Source of the DNA: Octopus sinensis
Taxonomy: Eukaryota
Reading direction: 5' to 3'
DNA: 64,000 nucleotides
Assembly: GCF_006345805.1 (NCBI RefSeq)
Contig: NC_043009.1
Location: 16,926,001 to 16,990,000, forward strand
A program made the position numbers and the translations under genes. Shown here piece after piece: positions 14,080 through 26,245 of this stretch. The notes beneath the pieces are model-generated. The model did no database searches and had not been told where the DNA came from. It saw nothing but the letters and a program-made list of their open reading frames with translations. Every line of letters starts with the position of its first letter. Positions within the stretch are counted from its first letter, which is position 1.

Positions 14080-14890
14080 ATTAGATTGATTTTCATATCA
14101 CAACTGATAATAGCAAAAACACCCAATTACCTAAGATAATGAAAAAGAATTACATTGGGTTATGTTAAGGTGATTTAAAAAACAGGTTATGCAAATCACC
14201 TATCTTCTTTCCAGCACATTGATAAAGGTAATGCAACTAGCCACATACGGAATTTGAAGACCAGCTCCACACCACAAACAATCAATTGGAGAATTGAGTT
14301 AAAATCCAAGCCATATGTTAATGGATCTAAGAAATGCAACTTATGTGTAACAGAAAGATCTCACATTCTTCTTAGATCCAAGAATTTCAATACATTCCAT
14401 AATTTCAAATCTGAAATTTTTAGCAGGTGTAGATACATGGGCAAGTTTCTTTTGTCATATCACCCACTGTGGATTGAGTTGTTGCTGTCTCACAGACTTT
14501 GACATATTTTCTGTTATTTTCTTCTATACCAGATGTATTAATTGTGGCTTCTACAATCAGAGAGGAAAGGGATTTGAATTTCCTAGCTTTTGTTTCTTCT
14601 CATTCCATTTTTTTGCATCAACCTTCTCTACACTTTTCTTTTGTTTTTTCATGTTTTTTTCTTATTTTCTCGCTGTCCAGTGTCCTTGCTTTTAAAATAT
14701 ATGTAACACATAAACAAAGCCTGAAAGATTACTTGGAGACACATGGTGCATTTGATAAATATGCTTAAGTAGAGTATCATAAAAGCATGAAACTATAAGT
14801 AGCTCTTTTAGTTATGTTTCAAATTGATATCTATCTCCCACTGGATGGAGCACTTTTTTTGTTGATTCTATCTAAAATTGTATATAAATA
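14080..14890 (+). mobile_element. Penelope-like element 3' relic (GIY-YIG C-terminal half plus pseudo-LTR)
   Basis: Frameshifted YIGL..GDLKNR at about 14150; ORF 14254..14502 INWRIELKSKPYVNGSKKCNLCVTERSHIL...SEIFSRCR, typical PLE endonuclease tail; a related non-coding fragment recurs at about 41410-41690. Confidence 0.75.
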
Positions 14891-14911
14891 TTTATATATA
14901 CACACACATAT

Positions 14912-14943
<32 letters not shown>

Positions 14944-15085
14944 TTAACATCTGTTTTCCATGCAGGCATGGATTGGGCAATTTGACTGTAAACTGGTAAT
15001 CTACACCAGGTTTCAGTCTGATTTGAGAACTGGATGCCCATCCTAATGCCAACTACTCCAACACACACACTCACTCACTCACTCA

Positions 15086-15128
<43 letters not shown>

Positions 15129-15900
15129 TATTAATAAGTTTGAAAATGGAGAGATTCAATGGATATAAATGAATTTATTAATTAATTAACATTGCCTACA
15201 ATTGTTTCACTTCGCACCCAATTTAAATTACAAAATATATGTAATAATATAAGTTTGCATTTTGAGTATCCTGAGTGAAAGATCTTTAGGGCAAAATGGA
15301 CATTGCAGTTTACATTTTGATCAGTTGAAAAACTCCAGCAGACTAAGCAGATGAAAACGTGTTTATTGTGTGTGTGTGTGTGTGCCTGCATTGATATTTT
15401 TATTTTTATTTAAATACAATAATAATGATAATAATGACTTAACATATATAAGAAGAAAAATAAAGGATAAAAATAAAGATTAGTAATAAATAATGAAAAT
15501 AATGAAATATATTAATAATAAAAAATAAATAGAATAAAAATGAGATGAAAGATTTTTACAAGACATGGAAGTTCATTGTCCATTTTGGTTTGTGTGTGAG
15601 TGTATGTTCATGTGTTTATATGTGTATATATATGTATATATATATATATGCATGTTTACTGCCTAAGTTAATTTATATGTGTGTATGTGTGTCAGCATAA
15701 GGTTATTGAATACAAGTATGGATGTCATAATTTATGCACGAGTGTGTGTGCGTTTACAGATCCTTACTGCTTAAGTTGTTTCATTAGTGCATAAGTGTGT
15801 ATGTATATTAGTAAAAGGTTATCAAATATTTCTATAACCAAATATGTATTTATAGGTATGGGATATTCATAGCCTATTTTAGTTTATGTATGACTGTTTA

Positions 15901-15941
<41 letters not shown>

Positions 15942-16096
15942 TAATTTATATATAGAGGGCATTATTACACATACATGCCACACGCTAAGAGGGACATTAG
16001 TCATTTCTACCAAAAAATTTTACTAATCATACCCAGAACAGATAGCTGTTCAGCTTTGACGGTGCAGGTTCGTTTATTTATGATATGTTCAGAATC

Positions 16097-16158
16097 AGTC
16101 TTGCTGATGAGTACGGTCGAAACTGCGATAAGTACGAAATCACAGGTGATACAAGACT
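16097..16158 (+). ncRNA. Type I hammerhead ribozyme, copy 1 of tandem pair
   Basis: Stem I AGTCTTG/CAAGACT, core CTGATGA, stem II GTAC/GTAC, GAAA, stem III TCAC/GTGA, cleavage triplet ATA (after 16151). All core nucleotides match the hammerhead consensus. Confidence 0.88.
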
Positions 16159-16578
16159 AAATTCATTTTTTTAAATGTCTAGCTTTGGAAAAATTGCATT
16201 GGGTAGGATTAGTAAAATTTTTTGGTAGAAATGACTAATGTCCCTCTTAGCGTGTGGCATGTATGTGTAATAATGCCCTCTATATATAAATTGATATGTT
16301 CAATAAGAAAGAATTATTTTCGAAATTTTTCTCTTATGAGGTTTTTCACGCTATCTACCTGATAATTTCTTGTTAAGATTCCTTATTAAGAAGTTATCCT
16401 TAATTGTTAAATAATTTTATTCCGAAAAAACTTTTCCTACCCGAAATGCAATTCGAAGAAGCCTGCCATTTACCGGATGTATTATATGTAAACTTCCCCA
16501 TGTGCGTCGTTAAGGTTGAACAGATAGCTGTTCGGCTTTGACGGTGCAGGTTCGTTTATTTATGATATGTTCAGAATC

Positions 16579-16640
16579 TGTCTTGCTGATGAGTACGGTC
16601 GAAACTGCGATAAGTACGAAATCACAGGTGATACAAGACT
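16579..16640 (+). ncRNA. Type I hammerhead ribozyme, copy 2 of tandem pair
   Basis: Same as copy 1 except one change at the distal end of stem I (GTCTTG/CAAGAC, 6 bp); cleavage after 16633, 482 nt downstream of copy 1. Confidence 0.88.
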
Positions 16641-19600
16641 AAATTCATTTTTTAAATGTCTAGCTTTGAAAAATTGCATTGGGTATGATTAGTAAAATTT
16701 TTTGGTAGAAATGACTAATGTCCCTCTTAGCGTGTGGCATGTATGTGTAATAATGCCCTCTATATATAAATTAATATGTTCAATAAGAAAGAATTATTTT
16801 CGAAATTTTTCTCTTATGAGGTTTTTCACGCTATCTACCTGATAATTTCTTGTTAAGATTCCTTATTAAGAAGTTATCCTTAATTGTTATATATATATAT
16901 AGATGTTTACTGTCTAAGTTGGTTTATGTGTGTGTAAGTGTGTATGTATGTTAGTAACATGTTGTGAAGTCATATCAGTTTGTTAATATATATATATATA
17001 TATATTCCCTTATATTCTTTTATCTAATTCATGAAAAAATCAATCATAAAAGTAAACATATACACACATACAAGCACACATGTAAACACATGAACATACA
17101 CTCACACATAAGCCAAAATGGGCTGTGGACATCCATATTTTGTAAAACAACGTTTAATCCATTTTTATTTTATTTATGTTTTATTATTAATATAATATTT
17201 CATTATTTTCATTATTTATTATTAATCCTTATTTTTATCCTTTATTTTAATTCTTATATATGCTAATTCATTATTATTATTGTTATTATTATAACTGTAT
17301 TTAAATAAAAGCATTAATGCACGCACACACACACACAATAAACACGTTTTCATCTGCATAGTCTGTTAGAGTATTTCAACTGATCAAAATGTAAACTCTG
17401 TAATGTCCATTTTGCCCTAAAGATCTTCCACCCTGGATACTCAAAATGCAAACTTTTATTTTATATGTTTTGTAATTTAAATTGGGTGTGAAGTGAAACA
17501 ATTGTAGGAAATGTTAATTAATAAATTCATTTATATCCATTGAATCTCTTCATTTTCAAACTTAATAATATTTAATGTTTTATAATATATTCATAGAAGA
17601 AATATTCCTTCAAAGTACAATATATTAAACCAGTGTATCTTGGATCTATAAGATCACAAGAGGTTTAAATATGTATGTATACATGTGTGTGTGTGGGGGG
17701 GGGGTGGAATACATATGCTTATTTGTGAATTTTTTATATCTTAGTCTTGTCATTCTGAATTGTCCTTCATTCTAGTAAAGTGAAAAGTGTTTGTGGATTC
17801 ATGATTTATGGCGATTACTTACACTGATATTGGTTGTTCTCCTTCATAAATAATCTTGTCAAGCTTAGATAACACTTTGATATCGGTGTCTAGTTTTGGG
17901 AGGCTCTGTGGCATAACAATAACAACAACAACAAAAATAACCATCCACAAAAAATAGCCATCCCTATGAGCATGCGTATGTGCATGTGTGTGTGTGTGTG
18001 TGTGAGTGTGTGTATGTGTATCTAAATAATTATATATATTCTGTATAAAGTCATTAGAGGACAGTTGAACAATATATACTCAATACAGAAATATTTCTCA
18101 CGTATATAAATGCTATCATAGGATAACAGTAGTTACAGATCTGCATAAATTTGTAACAGTTGTTATAAATCTAAAACATTATAAAGGTATCTTACAATGT
18201 CTACAAAATAATCCTGTAAATATGACCAAACACCAAAACTTAAATCTAATCTAACAACGGCAACAACAAAAATAATAATAAAGAAACAGAAAGTACCATT
18301 GTTACTTCTTGTCTCAACATCACCAGTGTGCACAGAATACATAGGAAAATAAACATTTCACACAACACACACATGCTCTCAGTCTCTCTCTCTCTCACAC
18401 ACACACTTGCACACACACACGCATGAATACACAGACTCTTACTCACACACACAAATACATACACACACATACACGCACACACACTGTTGCAAATAGAGCA
18501 CAAAATATTTTAAAATCCTGTAGTAACACTAATGCTTTTAAAGACGTCTTTATGGAATAAAGAAGATTTCATCATGAACGCATAATTTGGTAAATTTTCT
18601 TACTACTGGAACACAGAATACTTACTATTCTAAATTATATTTCAATCAGACCAGACAGATCATTTCACAATGGGAATGTCTAATAAGCAAGCATAAAAAC
18701 GTGCATTCAATACACAGAAAACACAAAGGACATTTGTAAATTAATAGGAAATGTCAATAAACTGGAAATGACGGATTTTAAAAGTACATGTTTAAGAACA
18801 CAGCACATTACCATTCTTTGAGGGTATTCTAGATAGATTGAATACATTACCCCCAGTGTTCAACTGGTACTTATTTTATCGACCCTGAAAGGATGGAAGG
18901 TAAAGCTAACCTTGACAGCATTTGAACTCAGAACATAAAGAGCTGGAAGACACACCACTAAGCAGTTTGTCTTATGTGGTAACAATTCTACTGGCTCACC
19001 ACCCTTAAGTAGCACATTAATTATATTAAATATATAGGCCCTACCATTCTATAAGGCTACACACCACCCAACTACAACACTTTTAGCACTCTCACAAGCC
19101 TTCAATGCCCTTAACACCTCCTGCTTTTCAAATAGTACCAATAACAAAAGAAGTAGTATAACACAACTGACACTTCATTGGTTATGACAATGAGGGTCCC
19201 AGTTAATCCGATCAATGGAACAGCCTGCTCATGAAATTAACATGCAAGTGGCTATGCACTCCACAGACATGTGTACCCTCAATGTAGTTCTCAAGGAGAT
19301 TCAGCATGACACAGGTATTTCTCATTTTTGCTGGCTGAGACGACTGGAGCAACATGAAATAAAGTGTCTTGCTCAAGGACATAAAGCATCACTGGGAATT
19401 GAACTCACGGTCTTATGATCATAACCACTGAGCCACACACCATCACACACAACAACCAGCCTTCCTTTATATCCTAAACAATCATCACAAATATGCACAC
19501 ATCTCTTAACAAGCCAACTACAACAACAATAATTCTGGTTTAAGCAACCCATGTAAGCCCTCATAATTTTTCTATCTTTTGAAATTTTCAGAAATTTTTT

Positions 19601-19834
19601 GTGAATTTGTGTTCTACGTCGATATATCAGCAGCTAACACATAACTTTGTATTTAAAAAAATTTTTCAAATTTGCTGTAGACAAAGATAACTACGAAGAT
19701 TTTATAAGTGTTTCTAGAATATTTATATTAAACCAATAGATAAGATTTTCATACGGCATCAACTTAGAACACACAAGTCACAGTCAAGAAAATCCATTCA
19801 TCAATTTATAAAAGTCTTAAATCTCTCTCTCTTT

Positions 19835-20232
19835 TTCTCTTTTACTTGTTTCAGTCATTTGACTGTGGCCATGCTGGAGCACTGCCTTTAGTCGAAGAAA
19901 TCGACCCCACGACTTATTCGTTGTAAGCCTAGTACTTATTCTATCGGTATCTTTTGCTGAACCACTAAGTTACGGGAACATAAACACACCAGCATCAGTT
20001 GTCAAGTGATGTTGGGGGGACAAACACAGACACACAAACATATACACACACATACATATATAGATATACATATATATGACGGGCTTCTTTCAGTTTCTGT
20101 CTACCAAATCCACTTACAAGACTTTGGTCAGCCCGAGGCTATAGTAGAAGACACTTGCCCAAGATGCCACGCAGTGGGACTGAACCCAGAACTATGTGGT
20201 TGGTAAGCAAGCTACTTACCACACAGCCACTC
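19835..20232 (-). mobile_element. SINE family A, full length
   Basis: Reverse complement of the family A consensus, head to (AAAAG) tail. Confidence 0.88.
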
Positions 20233-20982
20233 TAGATAAAAAAAAAAAGTGCCTTCAGTATATGAAGCAAATAATCAATAATGGATACTTTTACTTCAAG
20301 AATCCTGTCATCAGGTACAAGGCTCCAATGACTTGGAAATAAAACTGGTCAAGGACACAGCAATATTACAAGCAAGAATAATGGACTTAACTCAAAAGAA
20401 CTCAACTACTTAAAACCATGATATTTCAGTAAATGTTATGATTATTACAAAACAGGATATCAAACAAGAAATTAATCCACGAGCTGTCTCTCAAAAGCTC
20501 ATAAGTGTTTTCCATTTTCTGAGGAATAGATTGACATGGTTGCAGAGGATGTACAGCAAGATGTCATGTCAGAAGATAAAAAAAAAAAAAAGCCAATTTT
20601 ACTAAGGTGTGCAAATCAAGAAATAAACTCATCTCTCTTGCATTAACTGTTTCAGCATTACTGAGCTGATATCACAAAGTAGAATCATTTAGAGAGTGAT
20701 TCATTCCAGAAGTTGATATTCCATTAAGCTTTACAGTTACACAAATGACAGTTATTTATGGTTATGCATAGTCTTTGCTTAGATGTAACACCTTGTCAGA
20801 GTTCCATGCCTCATTATTCTTTAACTGGATTTAAATTTAATGGACATTGACAAATTTTTTTCTTGCTTAAAGAGCCAGTCTGTAACATCACACCATGCTC
20901 TAGTTTAATAAGAATGCCAAACTTATTACTTCCCCAATTCAGATGAAAAGTAGTAGAAAATATAATCTGAGGCACTTTAACA

Positions 20983-21209
20983 TTAACCCTTAAACATTCA
21001 GATTACTGTGTCAAATGTAATTCTTATTTATTTACATCATTTTGAATTAATCTTGCATTATCTCATAGCTTTGAGATTTCAATGATGTGGTTGTTTATTT
21101 TTAGGATGACATTGTAGGGTAGGTGTGAAAGGTCAGATCTGACTGGTTTGACCATAAGAAAGGGAAAATATTTGGGCTGGATACAGCCAGCTTAAATGCT
21201 AAAGGTTAA
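20983..21209. mobile_element. piggyBac-like MITE (TTAA-flanked)
   Basis: TTAACCCTTAAACATT...AATGCTAAAGGTTAA; same family as 2433-2659. Confidence 0.75.
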
Positions 21210-22229
21210 AACACACACACACACACACACAATCATCATCATCATCATCATCGTTTAACGTCCGTTTTCCATGCTATCATGGGTTGGACGGTTCGACCAG
21301 GGTCTGGGAAGCCAGGAGGCTGCACCAGGCTCCAGTCTGATCTGGCAGTGTTTCTACAGCTGGATAGGCTTCCTAACGCCAACCACTCCGTGAGTGTAGT
21401 GGGTGCTTTTTACGTGCCAGGCGAGGCTGGCAACGGCCACAATTGGTTGGTGCTTTTTACGTGCCACCGGCACGGATCGCAACTACAATTTCCATTGATT
21501 TTTGATGATGATGTACTTGACTCAATAGGTCTCCTCAAGCACAGGGTCGAAACGGTGTTTACATATAAATGCATATATATATATGTTTGTAGGTATATAT
21601 ATGCATGCATGTATATATAAAGAGAGGGTTCTATCTGCCCATTCACACTAGCCATATCACATAGTAAACACTAGCTGTGGTGCTAAACACAAATTTTCTA
21701 GTGCTAATACGCAACAACCGCATTCCTTACTTTCAATATGGAAGTCGATCACAGTGTTAATACTAAATGAGGATTAACACTGTGATTGACTTCAATAATC
21801 TTTTATTTTCAACATACTATCAGAAAGCAGGCTTCTGCCAGCCCAAATGGTACACTTACTCAGTGTACTCATTTGTAAATGTATGGGTTTGAATGAAAAA
21901 GGAATTCACATATATAAAATGAATACATTTCAATGACAACATAAATGACTGAAGTATTGTTGTGCAAATGAATATATTTGGAAAAGCAGCAGTATAATTT
22001 ATACCTGTGTGGAAAACATGTTCTCAGCACTAGAAAAATAATGCAAACAAGAAATGTTGCTGAGAAAAGAATACAGCAGATTGATGTCTTGTTCAACTGA
22101 AATGTGTCTTGTACTAAAACTAACTAAAATGAGACAATGACCGTTTCTTTGCTCTGGCTGTTTCTGTATGAAGAGAGAGAGAAAGAGGAAGTTCTTTTTA
22201 AACAGGTTAGCCAAGTATTTATGGACACA

Positions 22230-22800
22230 ACTTTAGTGGGCCGTAAATGGAAAATGACCTAATATAAAGCAACGTGAAATGCAGTAAATCTTAATTTTCA
22301 CATTTTTCTTCCAGATGTATTGGTAAATCACTATGGTAGATTCCAATTTGATATGGGAAATAAAATGGCAGTTGTAGTTGCCAGCCAAAGCAACTGGAAG
22401 GTTGCTAGCTTCTTGAATGTGATTAGGTCCCTTGCGTTCAGAGATGGGAAAGTGCAGAAGGCTTCATGTCAACCATATTCATCAAAAACCAACATTCTCA
22501 GCAATCAGATGTCATAAGAACAGTTGAGTTCATTCAGCAGGTTGAGGGTCAGTGACAATGCTAGAAAGTCGATGAGGGCTATCATAGTCCAGTATCAGAT
22601 ATCTGATGCATGAGGACATGAGATACAAGTGATAAGGAGAGGGCATCCTGAGTAACTTGACATGCTTCAATTTTGACAAGGAGAATAATCAGAATCAGAA
22701 GATGAACAAGAGAAGTGATGAGTTGATCTGGACAAGCTCCACAGCTATCATACATGATCCTTTCTGATTTCACATTCGAATAGAAAAAGAGTCAGCTATA
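22230..22800 (+). mobile_element. Highly decayed Tc1/mariner (maT-like) transposase N-terminus
   Basis: Fragments VASFLNV.RS, DVIRTVEFIQQV, RKSMRAI, MHEDMRYK in shifting frames. Confidence 0.45.
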
Positions 22801-22970
22801 CAAAAAAATGTGCTTTCAAAAATTCACAAATGCCTTGAATTTAGAAAAATGATCCGTCTATGCTAGTTGACCCATCTGTGCTAATGTGGATGTAAAAGCA
22901 GTAAAAAGAAATGCATATAAATTCTTTACTGGGCTCACTCAGTATGCTTTATAATTTAAACTTCACTGAC

Positions 22971-23114
22971 CTTGAGTAATTGTCCAATTTCCACAGACTT
23001 TAGGCTGAGGAGGTAGATGTAACAGACTTATAGTGAAGATTCCACTAACCACTTGGTAGCTACGCAGGTCAACAACGTCTGGGTCATCATCAAACTCATC
23101 AAATTCAGGAGGTG
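22971..23114 (-). CDS. DNAI7: DNAI7 exon 9
   Basis: taactag|CACCTC...CTCAAG|gtcagt; 144 nt, phase 1 to 1; DDDPDVVDLRSYQVVSGIFTISLLHLPPQPKVCGNWTI matches CASC1 VVDLCQFTTLGGVYHLDILELPPQCK..GW.I. Confidence 0.95.
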
Positions 23115-23704
23115 CTAGTTAACAAAATAAATTTATTTACTAAGTACATGTAAGGGAAACAATGTAGTCTTAATATCAAATTCAGATAGGTAGAGATAGG
23201 GGTAGTCAAAGCATACAATTATGCATATAAGGGGACAATTAAGTAAACTAGCACACATTTATCTTAGAACATAATATGTGTAATGGAGCATGAAGCTCTG
23301 CGACCTAGGTTGGTGGGCAGTTTTCATAACTATTTTCCCCTCTTTTTTCCCTGTAACATTTTTAGTTTTAGATGTAATATCTCTCAACATTGAAACGATA
23401 TTTTGTTGATTTCTCTACAAAAACATAATACTAAAAGTAAGGGAAAAGAAGAATTCCATATTTCAAATTTGCTGTCCTTTCCTGAGATACTGAAAAATAA
23501 GTGAAATGAAAAGATTACAAGCAGGAATTGAAACTAGATTCTAGCTCAGCCTATCACTCCACTTCTATAGCATATGTTTATAAAAGTACTATCTTTATCA
23601 CCTTTTGTACAATCTCTTTGAGAAGATTTTAGTTTAGCATGGCAGGATGATGAAATATCATAAACTTCCTACATTGGAGAACTGCATGTCACTATTTATT
23701 AACT

Positions 23705-24101
23705 ACTAGCAGTATCGCCCGGCGTTGCTCGGGTTTGTAAGGGAAATAATTATATAAGCATTTTTAGAGATGTAAAGTATAATAGACATCTCAATATGGC
23801 TAACCACAAAGGGGGAGGGGTGTTAATGTAGCTTTTTACGTTCTGAGATTTAATAATAAATTTTAGAGAGTTACTTCCCTTATATATGTCAAAAATGGAT
23901 TAAAAATGGGAAAAATTGATGGTAAATTTTTTTTTAAATCGTAGACTCATCGTAGATGCGCGCTAATACCCAGACGGTCTCGATATGAATCACGACTATA
24001 AGATACCCGGTTTTGGTTAAACTGCACCGCAAAATGTGGGAGTAGTTAGGAATCTAAATCGTAGGCGACAGACACACAACCTCACTTTTATATATAAAGA
24101 T
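23705..24101 (+). mobile_element. Helentron/DINE-1-like non-autonomous element
   Basis: Starts ACTAGCAGTATCGCCCGGCGTTGCTCGGG (short subterminal hairpin) and ends GACAGACACAC...CTTTTATATATAAAGAT, the layout of HINE/DINE-1 elements. Confidence 0.6.
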
Positions 24102-24264
24102 TTCCTCTATTTACATAATATTGAGGTCTCTTTCTTTCTTTTGTTATCTTACTGTTTTTACCAATATACATATATATATATATATATAAATATATATATA
24201 GTTACAGAGATGTACTTGCATAGTAAGTGACTTGATCTGAGATCGTGTGCTGGAAAGAAAACAG

Positions 24265-24523
24265 TTGCAGCGTTGAAGGTGTTTATAAGCCATTTAAGAA
24301 ACACACAAAAACCGTTAGATTCACTTCAACATTTAAATTTAATTTGTGAAAATATTTTCGTCGCTTTGAGACCGTGACCTGTTAGCACGATATTTTTGTC
24401 AGTGAACAGGTCGCGGTCTGAAAGCGACGAAAATATTTTGGCAAATTAAATTTAAATGTTGAAGTGAATGTAACGGTTTTTGTGTGTTTCTTAAATGGCT
24501 TACAAACACCTTCCACGCTGCAA
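24265..24523. mobile_element. MITE, almost fully self-complementary
   Basis: About 120-bp inverted arms TTGCAGCGTTGAAGG.../...CCTTCCACGCTGCAA with about 20-nt spacer. Confidence 0.8.
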
Positions 24524-24888
24524 TATATATATACACACATATATATATATGTATGTATGTATGTATGTGTGTATATGTGTATGCATGTATGTGTGTGTGT
24601 GTGCGTGTCTGTGCTTGTGATTGTCCTCCACCACTGCTTGACAACGAATGTTGGTTTGTTTACATCCCTGTCACCTAGTGGTTTGACAAAGGAAACAGAT
24701 AGAATAAGTACAATGCTTACAAAAATAAAACTGGAGTTGATTCATTAAACTACAATTCTTCAAGGCATTGCCCCAGCATGGCCACAGACCAATGGCTGGA
24801 AAAAGCAGAAGAATAAAAGAATACATTCTCTGCTTTGGTCATATGTTGAAGGCATGAGAAAGCTTGAGTTTACATGAGAAGGCCTAAC

Positions 24889-25261
24889 AGACCTGGTAGA
24901 AACAGCAGCCAAATCTCCCTCAAATCACACCTTACTGTCTTATGTATGTATATATATATGAGCCAATGAGGGGGACCTCTACATGGTAGCTAGACCTGGT
25001 AGAAATAGCAGCCAAATTTCCCCCAAATCACACCTTACTGTCTTATCTATGTATATATGTATGTATGAGCCTATGAGGGAGACCCCTACATGGCAGCTAG
25101 ACCTGGTAGAAATAGCAGCCAAATTTCCCCCAAATCACACCTTACTGTCTTATCTATGTATATATGTATGTATGAGCTATGAGGGAGACCCCTACATGGC
25201 AGCTAGACATGGTAGAAATAGCAGCCAAATCTCCCTCAAATCACACCTTACTGTCTTATCT
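24889..25261. repeat. Tandem repeat, about 106-bp unit, 3.5 copies
   Basis: Unit starts AGAC(C/A)TGGTAGAAA(T/C)AGCAGCCAAAT at 24889, 24992, 25099, 25205. Confidence 0.9.
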
Positions 25262-26118
25262 TTCTGCTACTTGGATATAGGTGTTATATTCGTCGTAAAA
25301 AACTTTCCTGTCACACACTCACGCACACGCACACACACACACACGCACCCTCACACACACACACACGCGCACACCCACACACACCCACTCACACACACGC
25401 ACGTTAGCTTACAATTTTATTTATATATTTGCGTGTCTGTGTGGAAAGAGGAAGTGGGAGGCAGAGTGAAAGAATCACTCACTACAGTAAGTCAATTACT
25501 TTCATTTTATTCGTTGCCCACTGTGTGTGTGCGTTTGCGTGTGCTGTAAACCAGACTAAGAAAAGCATTTGACACACACACCAGAATGTGAGTTTTCTGT
25601 AAATTTTGCTTAACTGGAGTTTAAATTTTAAAAACTGGACCTGGCATGACGCGATGCATTGTACTCTTAAAAATGCAAGGTAAATTGTAATTGAAGAAAT
25701 CCTATATTGTAGATTTGTATAACTCCCAAAGGGAGGCAGATAAAATCTGCCTTTTATAATAAGAGATTTCCAGGTAAATGAGCTGAGTCATTAACAGTTA
25801 TGTTATTGCTTAGCACTGGTGGCAAAATATGTGCTGACAACCTCTCAACAATAGACCCAACTGTCTACAATCCTCTTTTGACCATTAGACTGTCTTTTGA
25901 GGTTCTCTGCTCACCTGAAAATTTATCAGGTATGAATACTTCAAAGAATGCATTTCTGTGTACTGATCTGTAAGTGATGAGTTATGAAAACAGTTTCCAC
26001 GAACCATGAATTTGAAATGTGATCTGTTTGGATAGAGCACCTAAGAAATGAAATTCTTGAACCTATAAGAAAGAACAAATAAGTAATGATACTGATGCCA
26101 CATCTTACTATTGCTTAC

Positions 26119-26245
26119 CTGGAGATTGAGGGAATGGATATTCTGCCACTTCTTCATCTTCAAGTTTCTTCACTTCAACACGCTTAGGTTCTTCTGGAGC
26201 TGGTTCACCAAACAAATTAATGCTTTGTAGAGCAGCACTGATATC
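26119..26245 (-). CDS. DNAI7: DNAI7 exon 8 (acidic linker)
   Basis: cttgtag|GATATC...CTCCAG|gtaagc; 127 nt, phase 0 to 1; DISAALQSINLFGEPAPEEPKRVEVKKLEDEEVAEYPFPQSP. Confidence 0.85.

Larger units (their letters stand above)
15938..16889 (+). mobile_element. Retrozyme-like / Penelope pseudo-LTR tandem (about 1.8 copies of a 482-bp unit plus a 5' inverted arm)
   Basis: 16036-16409 repeats at 16518-16889 with about 6 differences; 15938-16034 is the reverse complement of part of the unit; no meaningful ORF; (TA)n on both sides. Confidence 0.75.
15130..17570. mobile_element. Foldback/MITE-like element with about 500-bp terminal inverted repeats
   Basis: 15130-15640 is a diverged reverse complement of about 17050-17570 (e.g. 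GATCTTTAGGGCAAAATGGACATT / AATGTCCATTTTGCCCTAAAGATC). Confidence 0.7.

Noticed and set aside
17700-17900. Possible very old Penelope linker fragment on the minus strand (..STNTFHFTRMKDN..)
   Set aside because: Too decayed to support without a profile search.
24889-25261. CRISPR-like interpretation of the 106-bp and 50-bp arrays
   Set aside because: Whole units are repeated with no unique spacers, no cas genes, and the context is eukaryotic.
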